The notes beneath the pieces were generated by a model that saw nothing but the letters and a program-made list of their open reading frames with translations, was not told the DNA's origin and made no database searches. 64,000 nt of DNA from Octopus sinensis (taxonomy: Eukaryota), in the NCBI RefSeq assembly GCF_006345805.1, contig NC_043000.1, forward strand, positions 87,296,001 through 87,360,000, read 5' to 3'. Every line of letters begins with the position of its first letter. Positions within the stretch are counted from its first letter, which is position 1. Shown in pieces: positions 1 through 12,304 of the stretch. Both the position numbers and the translations under genes were made by a program.

Positions 1-199
1 CAGTCCTATTGCCCTAAGACTCTTACGCAGCTATGCAATTTCAATACCTTTACTACGAAAGGCTGGTGCATGAACACAATCTGAAAGGTTAAAAGGGTTA
101 ACGCGCATGCGCATACATACGAATATTGTTTTTCTGTATAAAGACTTGACAGAATTGAATCTCAAATAGAAAGTTCAAAGTTTAACATTCCTATATATC

Positions 200-1150
200 A
201 TTATTGAAGGTGTTACCCATACCGATGGATGAAGCGAAATGAAGACCGAAGTGCAAGTCATAGGTTCTTAACGTATATTTGTAGTAAAGAAACATGAAAT
301 ATCAAGGTAAATGACAGTAGAGATAGTGGGAAACTTGATATGTCCCTAGTTCTGGTTTTACTTAATCTTAGAGTGACCTTTCTGGACTTTAAAGAAATTG
401 ATTACTTTATTACACTTCGTTGTAGAAGGCATCTTACATGTGTCTTAATATATTCACACCACTGACCACTTATATTAAGGGACTTTAGAGAGATTTATAA
501 CTATTAATATTTCTATATGATTATAATATAAGACAAATAGACAAATTTAAAGGAAAACAAAACAAATAGGAGTTTAATATTGTTTCGCTTGGGTAATTTA
601 ACTTGACCTTAAGAATAGGATTTTGAATATTCTAAATATTTTTTAATATTAATTTTCCTTTAGTAGAAAAACAATACCATTGTGCGTTTATACTAATAGT
701 TGTAGTTACATATTAGTGTAAATTAATTACATATTAGTGTAAATTAGTTACACTCAATATTAAATAGATTTCTGAAACTTTCACTGGGATAATTTCTACG
801 CCCTTCTGTCCATGTGAGTTCAAATTGAAATTAGTCCGTGCACCTGAATATAGGTTTACAATTCGGTGATTAATGAAAAAATATATTCGGCATTAATTCT
901 GTAATCCGAGCAAGTATTGGATACATCCCAACGTCGGTTTTCGTTTCCTACCTCGAGACATGCAAAATATACATTGAAGATATTAAAAGTAACCAAGCCA
1001 ATTTTTATTATTTTTGAAGTAAAATCTAACCGTCTATCATTATACTTGAGAGATAATTCCGTTGGTTTTTCTCACCTGTTTGTTTACTCAGACATATATT
1101 AACGAATGCTGATAATTTAGCTTTTCGTGCCATCTAAATGATTCTGTATC
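200..1150 (+). pseudogene. Highly degenerate Penelope-like element RT/EN remnant (tentative)
   Basis: Manual translation gives scattered, frame-broken matches to PLE motifs, e.g. VTFLDF (cf. VxFLDV) and IYSHH*PLIL (cf. SNHPPxI), in the expected order. No intact ORF. Confidence 0.3.
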
Positions 1151-1478
1151 AAAGATTACTAAATACGTATACATGTACCGACAATTAGTTTCTCTATATT
1201 TATCTTTGTTCCTCGAAGTTTCCTTTTCATGTCATTTAGCTTTGTCCATTTCACTCGTCTATTTTTAAAGAGTAATATACAGACATACACACGTACACGC
1301 ACATCATACATGCATGCATACATACTACATACACACACATAAAAGCATGTGTCTGTATGTCTGTATATATATATATATATATACATGTGTGAGTGTACTT
1401 GTACATATGTATATATATATATATATATATACATAGACATAGGTATACACACATACACAAACATATGTATATGTGTGC

Positions 1479-1517
<39 letters not shown>

Positions 1518-2067
1518 GATAGAGAGATAGAGACAGGGAGAGATTGATAGATAGATATAGATATATATGTACGTAAGAATATGACGCAAGTATGATTAAA
1601 AGTGCCGTGACTGTTTATCGCGAACGTAGTCTACTAATTGTAGCTACTTTCTATTTATCTTTGCAAATTGCAAATTGCAAATGGATCCACGACTGGAAAA
1701 TAGAAGTTAGAGAGATAAATGGACAGAATAATACTTTGTGAACATATAAGATTGTTTATGGCGAAATAGCGTCATGCTCATTACATTTGCATTGGCATAG
1801 AAGACCACATAAAATAATATCTCCTAATCAACGACCTACGCTAGTTCTAATTAAACTACAACTCATTCCAGTATTTTACTTGGAGAACTTTAGCTATTTC
1901 ATTGGCAACATATTATTAGGCAGGCGACTATATGTAGGAATGCTATTTCTTGGGATACCACACACGATAAAGATTGCATCATTGTATCTGTCCCTCTCTC
2001 GCACGCACTTTCTAGCTCTCTCTGTTTTCTTTCTCTCCCTCTTTCTATTTAGAAATATGCTTATGTG

Positions 2068-2099
<32 letters not shown>

Positions 2100-3148
2100 T
2101 GTATGTATGTATGTATGTATGTATGTATGTATGTATGTATGTATAATTATATGTATATACAGGAGTGTCTGTGTGGTTTCTTCTGAACCACATGGTTCAG
2201 GTTTCAGCACTCTCTTTCTACCGATGTATGCATATCGAACCCTTTTCAGCGCCAGATGCCAAAAGGAGCAACTCCGAACTGATAAGAATCTTGTCTCGTT
2301 TAAGACTAACAGGTACTGAAGAGTACAAAACCATTTGAAATGCATCCCTGAATCTAATGCAGGTCGCATCCCTCAATCTAATGCAGGTCGCTCTGGGCTG
2401 ACTGATGGTTTAACACGTTTTTGCCTTCAGCGAGAATTTTCTCTACATGAGAAACTGTAGTGAAAAGCCTTTACAGCTTGATATATCTCTTGAAATATAT
2501 TTTATTTCAACTTGGCTTAAGGTTACATACACACAAACATTATTTAATAACAGTTTGACACTCAGTTCTATACGCTTTAACGTTACGACAGCTAACTAGA
2601 AAAGATTAATAAGATTTGCGACAAATTCAAGATGGCTTCTAGATGTTAGGTTTGTATTAGTCAACTTCGGCCGCATATTATTATTCGTGATGAGACAGAA
2701 TGATGGCAGGCAGTTAACGCAACTATGTCTCACTGAGTGCTGGAAAAGAAAGTAAATGCTAACCTTAACCCGTGCCTAAAAGTACCAGTTTTTCGTCGAT
2801 GTTTTTATCCTTCACAGAAAGATACACGTACATAGACACACATTCTCTGTCTGTCTATCTTTCTCTCTCTCTCTCTCTCTCACACACACCTGCACGTTTG
2901 GGCTCGCATGCACGCACACACATATATACGCACATCTCATACATATATAAGCCGGGTTTCTACCAAATTCCACCCACAAGCTATAGGTGTGTATGATGAT
3001 GCTGCGGTAGAAGATATTTTCCCCAAGTGTTGAGCATTAGGGTCAAAACCGGAACATATATTTAGTAATTTTTTTTATTCACACAAACACATACACCAAT
3101 ATGTACGTATATGTATACATACATACATACATACATACATACATACAT

Positions 3149-3213
<65 letters not shown>

Positions 3214-3444
3214 CACACACATATATGTTGGAATATTGTTATAAAATCTCAGTCGAAAATATAATTGCACTGCATCACAGCATACTATTGAATGGATGGG
3301 CATTATATGTATATGTGTATGCGTGTGTGTATATATATATAATACATTACATACATACACATATATATATATATCAAGGGTTGAAAAGAAAGATCATATA
3401 TATATAATATTATATATAAAATCTATATATATATATATATATAT

Positions 3445-3479
<35 letters not shown>

Positions 3480-3750
3480 TATTATATATAGATATATATA
3501 TATATGTGGTGTGTATATATATATATATATATTATATATATTATGTGAAATAGAAAGATGAATAATCTTGTTGTAGATTAATCAAAAGTTAACCGATACC
3601 TTAGTAGCAAAAATCACAGCAGTAAACAGCACGGTTGTAGGTACAACCATCTGGCGTTGCAACCGTGCGTTGGTGCGGATAATTGAAATTAAAATATATT
3701 GGTGAATTGAAGAAATGGAGCTGAACGCAGATTGAACAGAAATCGTTTTA

Positions 3751-3840
3751 TTTCATTTCTACAACGTGTTTCGAAAGGCACAAATACTACCAAATCGATT
3801 GAATAATGGGACCATATTGTGTCTTTCTCTTCAGGAAGAA
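3751..3840 (-). ncRNA. Type I hammerhead ribozyme (left-arm copy)
   Basis: Minus strand reads TTTCTTC-CTGAAGA-GAAAGACACAA...TTGTGCCTTTC-GAAA-CACGTTG-TA-GAAATGAAA. It is the mirror of 4101-4189, with 1-nt insertions in the stem III loop and stem I. Confidence 0.7.
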
Positions 3841-4100
3841 AAAAGGAAATCCGTTAGAGAAACAAAACAGAACAGAGGCGAGCAAAACCAAATAATCGAC
3901 TAGCTCCTAAGAGCCCATGGCGAAACTGTTTATCAGTGTATGCTGAGAACCGGTGGCTGAAGAATTCTCTGATGAATTCTTCAGCCACCGTTTCCAGCAT
4001 ACACTGATAAACAGTTTCGCCATGGGCTCTTAGGAGCATAGTTCGATTTGGTTTTTGCTCCGCCTCTGTTCTGTTTTTGTTTCTCTAACGGATTTCCTTT

Positions 4101-4189
4101 TTTCTTCCTGAAGAGAAAGACACAATATGGTCCCATTATTCAATCGGATTTTGGTAATTTGTGCCTTTCGAAACACGTGTAGAATGAAA
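4101..4189 (+). ncRNA. Type I hammerhead ribozyme with minimal palindromic stem III
   Basis: Core CTGAAGA 4108-4114. Stem II GAAAGACACAA (4115-4125) / TTGTGCCTTTC (4159-4169), 10 of 11 pairs. GAAA 4170-4173, C-ACGT-G, GTA cleavage after 4181. Stem I TTTCTTC/GAATGAAA with a 1-nt bulge. Confidence 0.85.
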
Positions 4190-4245
4190 TAAAACGATTT
4201 CTGTTCAATCTGCGTTCAGCTCCATTTCTTCAATTCACCAATATA

Positions 4246-4280
<35 letters not shown>

Positions 4281-4603
4281 GTATGTATATGTATATGCAT
4301 GTATATATATATATACGGTTTACGTGTTAGGCTGTTATATTATAAGTAAATATTTTCAAAACAAACTCTCCAGTCTTCTTTTCTTTCTATATTTAGAAAA
4401 TATATAGTCTGTGATCTTTTGATACTAAAGCAAGAAATTTGTTAAAATAACACGAATTCTCTTCCCAGGTTTCTCTTTCAGATTATAAATGAACACATGC
4501 TGCTCTAAACACGCTTCCTCTGTTGTGCACTTTAACTTTCTCAATACGGCAATATAGAAACATAAATAACACACACGCGCATCTATGTATACACTAACTC
4601 ACA

Positions 4604-4643
<40 letters not shown>

Positions 4644-4849
4644 TCTATTTATCTTTCAATCTATCAAAAAGAAAAGAAAACACAATACACGATTTAGAGT
4701 CTACATTTATTGTGAATTGAATGATTTTACGATTGATTTAATTCTTTCATAAATTTCACATACGTTAGTGATACATGCAATCAGTGAGACAATATATGGG
4801 GAATAAAGTGTAACAGATCACATATATAGCTGGTTGAACTGCTTCGATC

Positions 4850-6100
4850 ATCAGGAGAAAACTCTTCGCAACGCTCTTAGTTGTGATAGCTGTACATATG
4901 AGCGAATAGGTCTTGATTTTCTGGTGTGCTTAAGCTGCTCAGAAACAATCTCTTCCGATGGTGGCAGTTATAAAACTCATCTGACTTTGGGTTGAGACTG
5001 CTTTAATAGTACTTTCCATTTTTTCAAAGCCTGCTGCTTCATGATAAACTGAAACATTGAGTGACTTTGTCAACAATGTTTTGTAGAATTAGAAGGCATT
5101 TAGATTCTTGATCACTGAGCTTCCAGGCCAATTGGGACCACAGTAAATGAGTAGCGTTTGATAGTAACGGCTTTTGATTTAAATATTACACGTTGGCTGT
5201 TAAGATATTTTTGGGGGATGGAAAATTTAATCAAAATGTTGAGAGTTTTGTAACGTTATAAGTTTTGTGCAAGTTTATTGTGTTTCTGTGTCGGTAGAAA
5301 GTATTTTTTAGTTGAGCTAGAACGTTCTAGGTATCCTCGTAGCAACCATCCTATACAATAAATAACATCAAATTATCTTACTCTTCCTGGTCCTAATCTG
5401 GTACGGCAGTGTTTACCCCGTACAGTAGCATTACATTGAAGCTTCTTCTAGCTTGCCCAACCTTATAGTAAAAGGGTCCTTGTTAGAGATGTTTCTATCC
5501 GAATATTGATAAAATATTTTCTTGCATATCCCTGCCACAAGATTCCTAATTACCACCAGAATAAATGATAGTGGCTGATTATTGTGGCGCGAAAGAAATT
5601 TTGCTGATGTATACAATGTCTTTGTTTGGATTTGTGTAGTTATGTCTGCTGGTGTTCAAGTTCCAGTGTTATGTTAAGGAAGTTGTCTATGGTTAGGTTA
5701 ATGCTGATATTTATGTTTAAACGAAACTTCTTAAATTTACCTATTGTAATCTTTCAAAATATGTTCATGGCATAACAGTTTATATTGAATGAGAAGTTTA
5801 AGTTGTCACATCCGTACATAAACAATTCCACAGGATCGGTTATCTCACTTCTACCACAGATCTCCATCGAACAGAAGGTTGATCTCCTGTTTTGAAATAG
5901 AAACTATCGTCACGGATGATATTCTTTATTAACTGGCATCTGGTTTTCATTATTAACTGACATCTAGTTCCATTATTGTAGTAAATTCTCTTCCGAGATA
6001 GAAGGCTTTCAGGAAAAACAAATTGGAAATGCGCGTTTAAGAGTCCATGATATAAAACCAATCTGTTTACAATGGTGTCCGAGTAATTACTCACAATATT
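4850..6100 (-). mobile_element. Degenerate Penelope-like element fragment (RT 3' half to EN C-terminus)
   Basis: Minus-strand translation fragments in PLE order: KNIIRDDSF (cf. GLYRDDGL), KFKKFRLNINISINLTIDNFLNITL (cf. FxxxGLxIxIxxNxxxVxFLDVTL), RKSKII* (cf. RKRNIIWF). A CTGATGA half-core lies at the 3' end (4847-4853). Confidence 0.6.
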
Positions 6101-6164
6101 TCATTATTTCCAGCCTCGTAGTACTCCATCATCTATGCGGGTGCACAAATATGCCACACGTCAG

Positions 6165-6295
6165 ATGGCGAAATGATCGCAGAGCAATGTGACGTGAAGT
6201 ACTTGCTCAAGAGAAAAACGCGAACTCGGTCTGAGAATCGAACCCATAATCACGTAATTGTGAGTGCAACACCCTAACCACTAGGCCATGCGCAT
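6165..6295 (-). mobile_element. tRNA-derived SINE (family D here)
   Basis: Reverse complement begins with a tRNA-like head (GGCCTAGTGGTTAGGG...GGTTCGATTCTCAG). Similar copy at 20500-20660. Confidence 0.7.
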
Positions 6296-6327
6296 ATACT
6301 AAACATACATTACATTACATTACATCA

Positions 6328-6540
6328 TAAGGTGGCATGCTAGAAGAATCATTAGCACGCCGGGCAAAATGCTTAGCGGTATTTCTTCCGTCTCTATGTT
6401 CTGAGTTCAAATTCCGCCGTGGTCGACCTTTCATCTTTTCGGGGTCTACAAAATAAATACCAGTTAAACACTGGAGTCGATCTAATCGACTTAGCCCTCA
6501 CTCGAAATTGTTGACTTTGTACCGAAATTTGAAAGCAGTA
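6328..6540 (+). mobile_element. SINE (family A here; AAGGCGGCGAGCTGGCAGAA type)
   Basis: GAGTTCAAATTCC B-box-like motif and GGGGTCGAT...GTACCAG body; at least 7 similar copies in the window. Confidence 0.8.
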
Positions 6541-6560
6541 TTATATATATATATATATAT

Positions 6561-6800
6561 CACGTTTTATCATTGTTTTAGCCTTCGAATGACGCCACCC
6601 CGCTGGCTAAGCGAGCAGGCCAACAGAAGGAAGAGTGGGTGAAAGAGTGGTGAAAGAGTACAGCAGGGATCACCACCCCCTGCCGGAGCCTCGTGGAGCT
6701 TTTTGGGTGTTTTCGCTCAATAAACACTTACAACGACCGGTCTGGGAATCGAAACCACGATCCTACGACCGCGAGTCCGCTGCCTTAACAACTGGGCCTC
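6561..6800 (-). mobile_element. tRNA-derived SINE (family B here)
   Basis: Reverse complement begins GGCCCAGTTGTTAAGGCAGCGGACTC...GGTTTCGATTCCCAG (A/B boxes). Homologous to 22276-22470. Confidence 0.85.
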
Positions 6801-6818
6801 CACACACACACACACACA

Positions 6819-6880
<62 letters not shown>

Positions 6881-6918
6881 TGTGTGTGTGTGTGTGTGTA
6901 TTATTATTTTCAAATTTT

Positions 6919-6970
<52 letters not shown>

Positions 6971-7445
6971 AGTGTGTGTGTGTGTAATATTACTTTCAAA
7001 TTATATATATATGTATATATATATGAGACAAACTAATATAAAGTTATTAGTAACTTGTTCATATTTGAAGACATGTATATTAAACATTCATGCTATTGCT
7101 ATCAGCTAACGACACCCACTTCTCCACACATACATATTTTCCCCAGAGTTATCGCATCTTTTTTACATATTTCCATTTAAATAACCATGAGTAACCTATT
7201 GCTAGTCACGAATTTATTAATAGTGCTTGTATAAGTAGGAAAGAAAAGAGGGTAAATCTACATACAATGAATGATTTTTAGAACAATTGGTGGACTACAT
7301 TAACATAGTAATATGTAATATACAATATTCATGTATGTATGTATATATGTATGTATGTATGTATATATATATATACATTATATAATATATAATATATTAT
7401 ATATATGCATTCATCTATATATATTGTATATATATATATATATTG

Positions 7446-7476
<31 letters not shown>

Positions 7477-7654
7477 TATATTATATATATATATATAAAT
7501 CAACATTTAAGATATGTATAAACATGTGTATATATAAAAGAATATATGTGTACATGTATGTATAGATGTATGTATATATACACACACATATATATATATA
7601 TAATAATATATATATAGACATATGTATACATGTACCCCCTCTCTCCCACTATAT

Positions 7655-7697
<43 letters not shown>

Positions 7698-7975
7698 ATT
7701 TCAAAATTCAATAAAGGAAGAAAGATTCAAGTATCAAGTTATTCCTGGTTAAAGCCAACACATATTCAGGCCGGGAGCATAACGTTATATATACATATGT
7801 ATCTATTATAGCACATATATTTTTCTTCATACAATTCTATTCGATATCAAGGTTGGATGACAGCATGCACATACATATACAGATGAATATATACAATTGA
7901 ATTAAAAGTCACGAGCAGATAAGATGACAGTCATTTCAAAGAAAATCCTCCAATGAATTAAATTAAATGAAAAAC

Positions 7976-8057
7976 ATCTTACGGCCGTTTCAGGGAATGT
8001 GTGAAGAGGTTGATACATCCTTTCAGCTTCGGTAATCACATTTCCTTCATCAGAGAT
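7976..8057 (-). ncRNA. Type I hammerhead ribozyme with minimal palindromic stem III
   Basis: Minus strand reads ATCT-CTGATGA-AGGAAATGTG...CACATTCCCT (9 of 10 pairs)-GAAA-C-GGCC-G-TA-AGAT. Stem I ATCT/AGAT; stem III palindrome ACGGCCGT. Confidence 0.85.
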
Positions 8058-8399
8058 TCGTAGTTATAAAATCGTTTCAAGTTTTTAAAAAAACTTTCGA
8101 ATTTTAAACAGTGATGTAAACAGATTGTAAATAAGTATAAAAATTTCAAAAAATCCGGAGTGCCCAAACATAAAATAAACTTTCATATTGTATGACTACT
8201 AAAGACAGAAGAAATTGTTTATTTATAGCTGATCTAAGTCATATGCACGAAAAACATCCAGGGTGAATCAAAAGCTAGATATATATTTCTTATTTAATCA
8301 GCATATATATTTATTATTTAATTGAAAAAGTTTAAAAGCTGAAAGAAGCTTTTGTCGGTGTCAGATCAAAACCTCAGAGATCTTATTAAGTAATAATTG

Positions 8400-9190
8400 C
8401 CTGTCAGTTCGTAATATATTAATAGCTTCCGTGAAACATAATTTACAGACTTTTATGTGAGTTTTATATGGAGTATACTCAGCTATAATTGACCATTTTA
8501 AGGAGTATGTCTTATTGCTTCCAAATATTCCAAACATGTACGATCTAAATATAGGACATGGGTCCTCTTGAACTCAGGCTACAATATAGTTACAATAGGA
8601 GAAATAAATAAGTATTTAAATCATAATGGTGCAGGGAGCCTTAATTTGAACAAGGAATCTTGTAAAAAAAGATCACGGAGACGAGACATTATTTGGTTTA
8701 CCTCATTTCCCTATTTTCCCTACAAGTTAAGAACCTGCCTAAGATGTTTTAAGTTAATTGAAAAGAACTTCCCCTTGGCGCATAAATATCATTCTATTTT
8801 AAATGAAACATCCTTGAAACTTGCCTATTCCACGAAGTCGAACTTAGGGTCGATCATTGCTACGGAAAGTAGACTTAAACTACGAAATAAGGCTGATGGT
8901 AATGGTAGTAAAATGGGACATAGTAAAGAAATGGATGGTTTCGAGGAAAAACTTTGTAACTGTCGTTCCCGAAATGCCTGCCCTTTAGATGGTCAGTGCT
9001 TAGGCAATAATGTGGTATATAAATGTAAAGTAAGCACTCTAAAAGAGTCTAAAAAAGTGTATATTGGGAGTATCACGAATTTCAAAGTCAGGTATAGAGT
9101 GCATGTAAATTCATTCGTAAATAAGGAGTAAAAAAATTGAAATTCCTTGGCCATTTATATTAACAAATTAAAAAATAGCAATAAGACTTA
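8400..9190 (+). mobile_element. 5'-truncated Penelope-like element (thumb/linker plus GIY-YIG endonuclease)
   Basis: ORF 8568-9131 contains RRRDIIWF, HKYHSILNETSLKLAYS and CNCRSRNACPLDGQCLGNNVVYKCKV...VYIGSITNFKVRYRVH (Cys-rich linker plus VY-YIG). Confidence 0.85.
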
Positions 9191-9203
9191 CTGCCTAAAA
9201 AAG

Positions 9204-9480
9204 GGATTTGGTAGACGGAAACTGAAAGAAGCCCGTCGTATATATGTATATGGATATATGTATGAGTGTTTGTGTGTCTGTGTTTGTCCCTCCCCCAACA
9301 TCGCTTGACAACCGATGCCGGTGTGTTTACGTCCCTGTAACTTAGCTGTTCGGCAAAAGAGACCGATAGAATAAGTACTAGGCTTACAAAGAATAAGTCC
9401 TGAGGTCGATTTCTTCGACTAAAGGCGGTGCTCCAGCCTGACCGCAGTTAAATGAATGAAACAAGTAAAAGAGTAAAGTG
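9204..9480 (+). mobile_element. SINE (family C here), 3' part
   Basis: GGATTTGGTAGACGGAAACTGAAAGAAGCCCGTCG...GACCGCAGTTAAATG; matches 32326-32732 and 40905-41262. Confidence 0.85.
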
Positions 9481-9495
9481 AAAATACTTTACAAG

Positions 9496-9537
9496 CTGTT
9501 ACACAGAGTTTCACTTGGCCGGCCATTCGTCAGACAA
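9496..9537 (-). ncRNA. Small type I hammerhead ribozyme (slightly eroded)
   Basis: Minus strand reads TTGT-CTGACGA-A-TGG-CCGG-CCA-AG-T-GAAA-C-TCTGT-G-TA-ACAG. The core is intact; stem II carries a 2-nt bulge. Confidence 0.5.
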
Positions 9538-10599
9538 TTATCATAACTGTCCTACGAACAATCACTTGAAACATGTAACAGTTTATCAATTTCTTTTCAG
9601 GTCTAATGAAACAGTACCTAGCACTACCTTTGGTATTCGAGTGTTATTTTTCCATCTTGTTATATGCACACACACACACACACACATTTACATGTAAATA
9701 TGATGCTTATTTAGGGATATGTTTTCTAATAATCTAGGAAAATACCATGCGGTCCCTCAATTACGATCCAGGTTAAGGCTAAGCGCATCGAGTTATAAGG
9801 AGCACCTAGGATTACTTAGGGTAAGCAATCCCACTGGAAATCATCCGATGTGTAAGTCTTTGGTTCGCTTCTCTAGCTTATGAATATCTTCCGAAGTCTA
9901 AAACGAAGACAATAACAATGAATACAGAGATTACTAAATGTACCTATTTAAAAATTTTCAGTCATTTACACAGCATATTTTGTTTAAATATGACCAACAC
10001 GTGTTTCTGCTGCCTAGAGATCTAGCAATTGCATTTGGATCCAATTATTTTCGTCTATGCAACTTTATTGAAGGTCTGTTCCCAGAAGTAGTCCGAAGCG
10101 AATCCAGTGTATTTTTGTGTGGCTAACTTTATTTTGCTAAGCAATTATGGTTTTTGAAAGAAAAAAACCAAGAAAGTGAGGGGAGATTTAGAAACTTGAC
10201 ATGTCTTTAGAAATTACTATGTGCTTGACCTCATCCCAACCTTAGGTTTAAGTTCCAAATGAGAGTCCTAGAACTTTCTGTAGGTCAAAATCTATTTTTG
10301 GTTTGAATCTGAGTTTGTGATTTTCCGATGTTTTATACAATAACAAGCTACTAAAGTAGATTAAATCAAATCAAATCAAATTCTATTAAATTTAATATAT
10401 GTGGTATGAAGAACTTACTTTTTAAGGTAGTTCGAAATTTTCTCTGGATAATCAACTGTTAGGTTATATGCAGTTTCTATGTCCTATATGCGTTGCTGTA
10501 ATTTATTAAAAAGATAGTTTAAATTAATGAGAATATCGATTGCTATGTGAAAGTTAAACTTGGTTTTACCCTGATATTTACCCAGTAAACTAAGGTACT

Positions 10600-11330
10600 T
10601 CCTATTTGCATGGAGGATAGTATCTTATACCTCACTTGCATAAAAGTATTTGTTGGTGTGAGCCTCTTAAGGCTTGTTCTTGTCCACTGCTAAGCAACTG
10701 TTCTTTAGATGTGAACATATGTAATATTTCCTCTATGCACAAGTTTCATCTTTTCCGTTGTTACGTAAGATGCAGCTACGCTAATTATTTCTCATGCTAA
10801 TTATTTTCCTGTACTAAAGTTAGCGTTTCTATCTTTAAGGGACTAGACGAACGCATCCAAGCTAATGTTATGCATTTCCCGTCTCCTTAAGCGAAATTAA
10901 AAGGTTTGCCAGTCTCGCCCTGAGGTTTGTCGAGCATGCACCAATATGGTTGTGCGAATTTTCCTTTTGGCGTAATCTTACGTCAGTATACTAAAAATTC
11001 CATCAAACATTTAAGGGGCAGATTTTATTTTTCCACAACTACAAAGACTTTTCCTTATTAATTATATCTACGTTAGAGGGACCAGAATTATATACCTTCA
11101 TTATTATCGTATCTATGGATTTCCTATTGTTTACGTTTCGGCTAATGTCTAGCGTTTGCTGCACTCGGTTTAGATGCTGTAGGAAGTGTAACAATAACAT
11201 TAAATCATGGGTGTCTCTGGATACCCTATACCCCACTTGCTCTGAACAGCCACCCCAGGCACCGGTATCCTCCACATCCATCAAGATGAAGAGTTTAAAT
11301 TACAGAACTTTTCCTTAATTATTTCTTAAT
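10600..11330 (-). mobile_element. Degenerate Penelope-like GIY-YIG fragment
   Basis: Minus-strand translation gives CSCGKNKICPLNV and HIGACSTNLRARLANL, equivalent to the CNCR..CPL and YIG..FK.R..H motifs of the 8568 ORF. Confidence 0.6.
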
Positions 11331-11879
11331 GAAGGTTCCTGCATGTTTTTTGGAACTACCAGTATTTTCGAATGAGAAACATGAGTATTGAAACTATTAC
11401 TTTGATACTAGCTCTATTTTAATATATATGATTGAATTACTATTTTAGTATGTTACCTGATCTCTGATAGAAGCATTCTGAATATGAAAAATAATTATTT
11501 TTTCAATTTTTATTCAGTTCTTTTGGTAAAGCTTTTGCGTCGCAAAATATTCTACATGATTTTTAGAAATCTTATTTCAGAATTATATTTATTCATACTT
11601 ATAAATTGAATTTCAAACATTTATATTAGCAATTTCTCAAAGTTTAGTTGGCTTCAAGGTTTTCGATAACGCTCAGTTTCACCACTAGGTGTGTTCATCT
11701 GTATACATACAAATACATGCGCGTATCATACTCACGTACACACACACGCACGTATGCATACAAACGAAAAGTATACTCAGTATGAGTAATGAGTAATATA
11801 ATGAATACATTTTTCTACATTATATTATTCTATATAATGATTATATCTAGTCAGAATCTTACCATCACTTCTAGCCACT

Positions 11880-12118
11880 ATATCTTATTTCTTTACTGCC
11901 CACAAGGGGCTAAACACAGAAGAGATAAACAAGGACAGACAAACGGATTAAGTCGATTATATCTCCCCAGTGCGTAACTGGTACTTATCTAATCGACCCC
12001 GAAAGGATGAAAGGCAAAGTCGACCTCGGCGGAATTGAAACTCAGAACGTAGCGACAGACGAAATACTGCTAAACATTTCGCCCGGCGTGCTAACGTTTC
12101 TGCTAACTCTCTAGCCAC
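11880..12118 (-). mobile_element. SINE family A
   Basis: Reverse complement matches 21694-21928. Confidence 0.85.
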
Positions 12119-12205
12119 TATATCTGAAGTGTTATTGGTCATGATCAATAACACACACACACGCATGCTCTCTCTCTCTAATATATATATGTATATATAT
12201 GTATA

Positions 12206-12304
<99 letters not shown>

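Larger units (their letters stand above)
3694..4246. repeat. Fold-back palindrome with about 273-bp arms and a 6-nt spacer
   Basis: 3694-3967 is the reverse complement of 3974-4246 (centre GGCTGAAGAATTC-TCTGAT-GAATTCTTCAGCC). Differences between the arms are mostly small indels. Confidence 0.95.

Noticed and set aside
2311-2350. CTGAAGA...GAAA-TGCA-TC-CCTG hammerhead-like match
   Set aside because: The core and palindromic loop are present, but stem II does not pair and stem I needs a 2-nt bulge next to the core. At best a fossil.
4830-4856. CTGATGA at the 3' end of the minus-strand PLE
   Set aside because: No stem II or GAAA-UH follows; only a half-motif.
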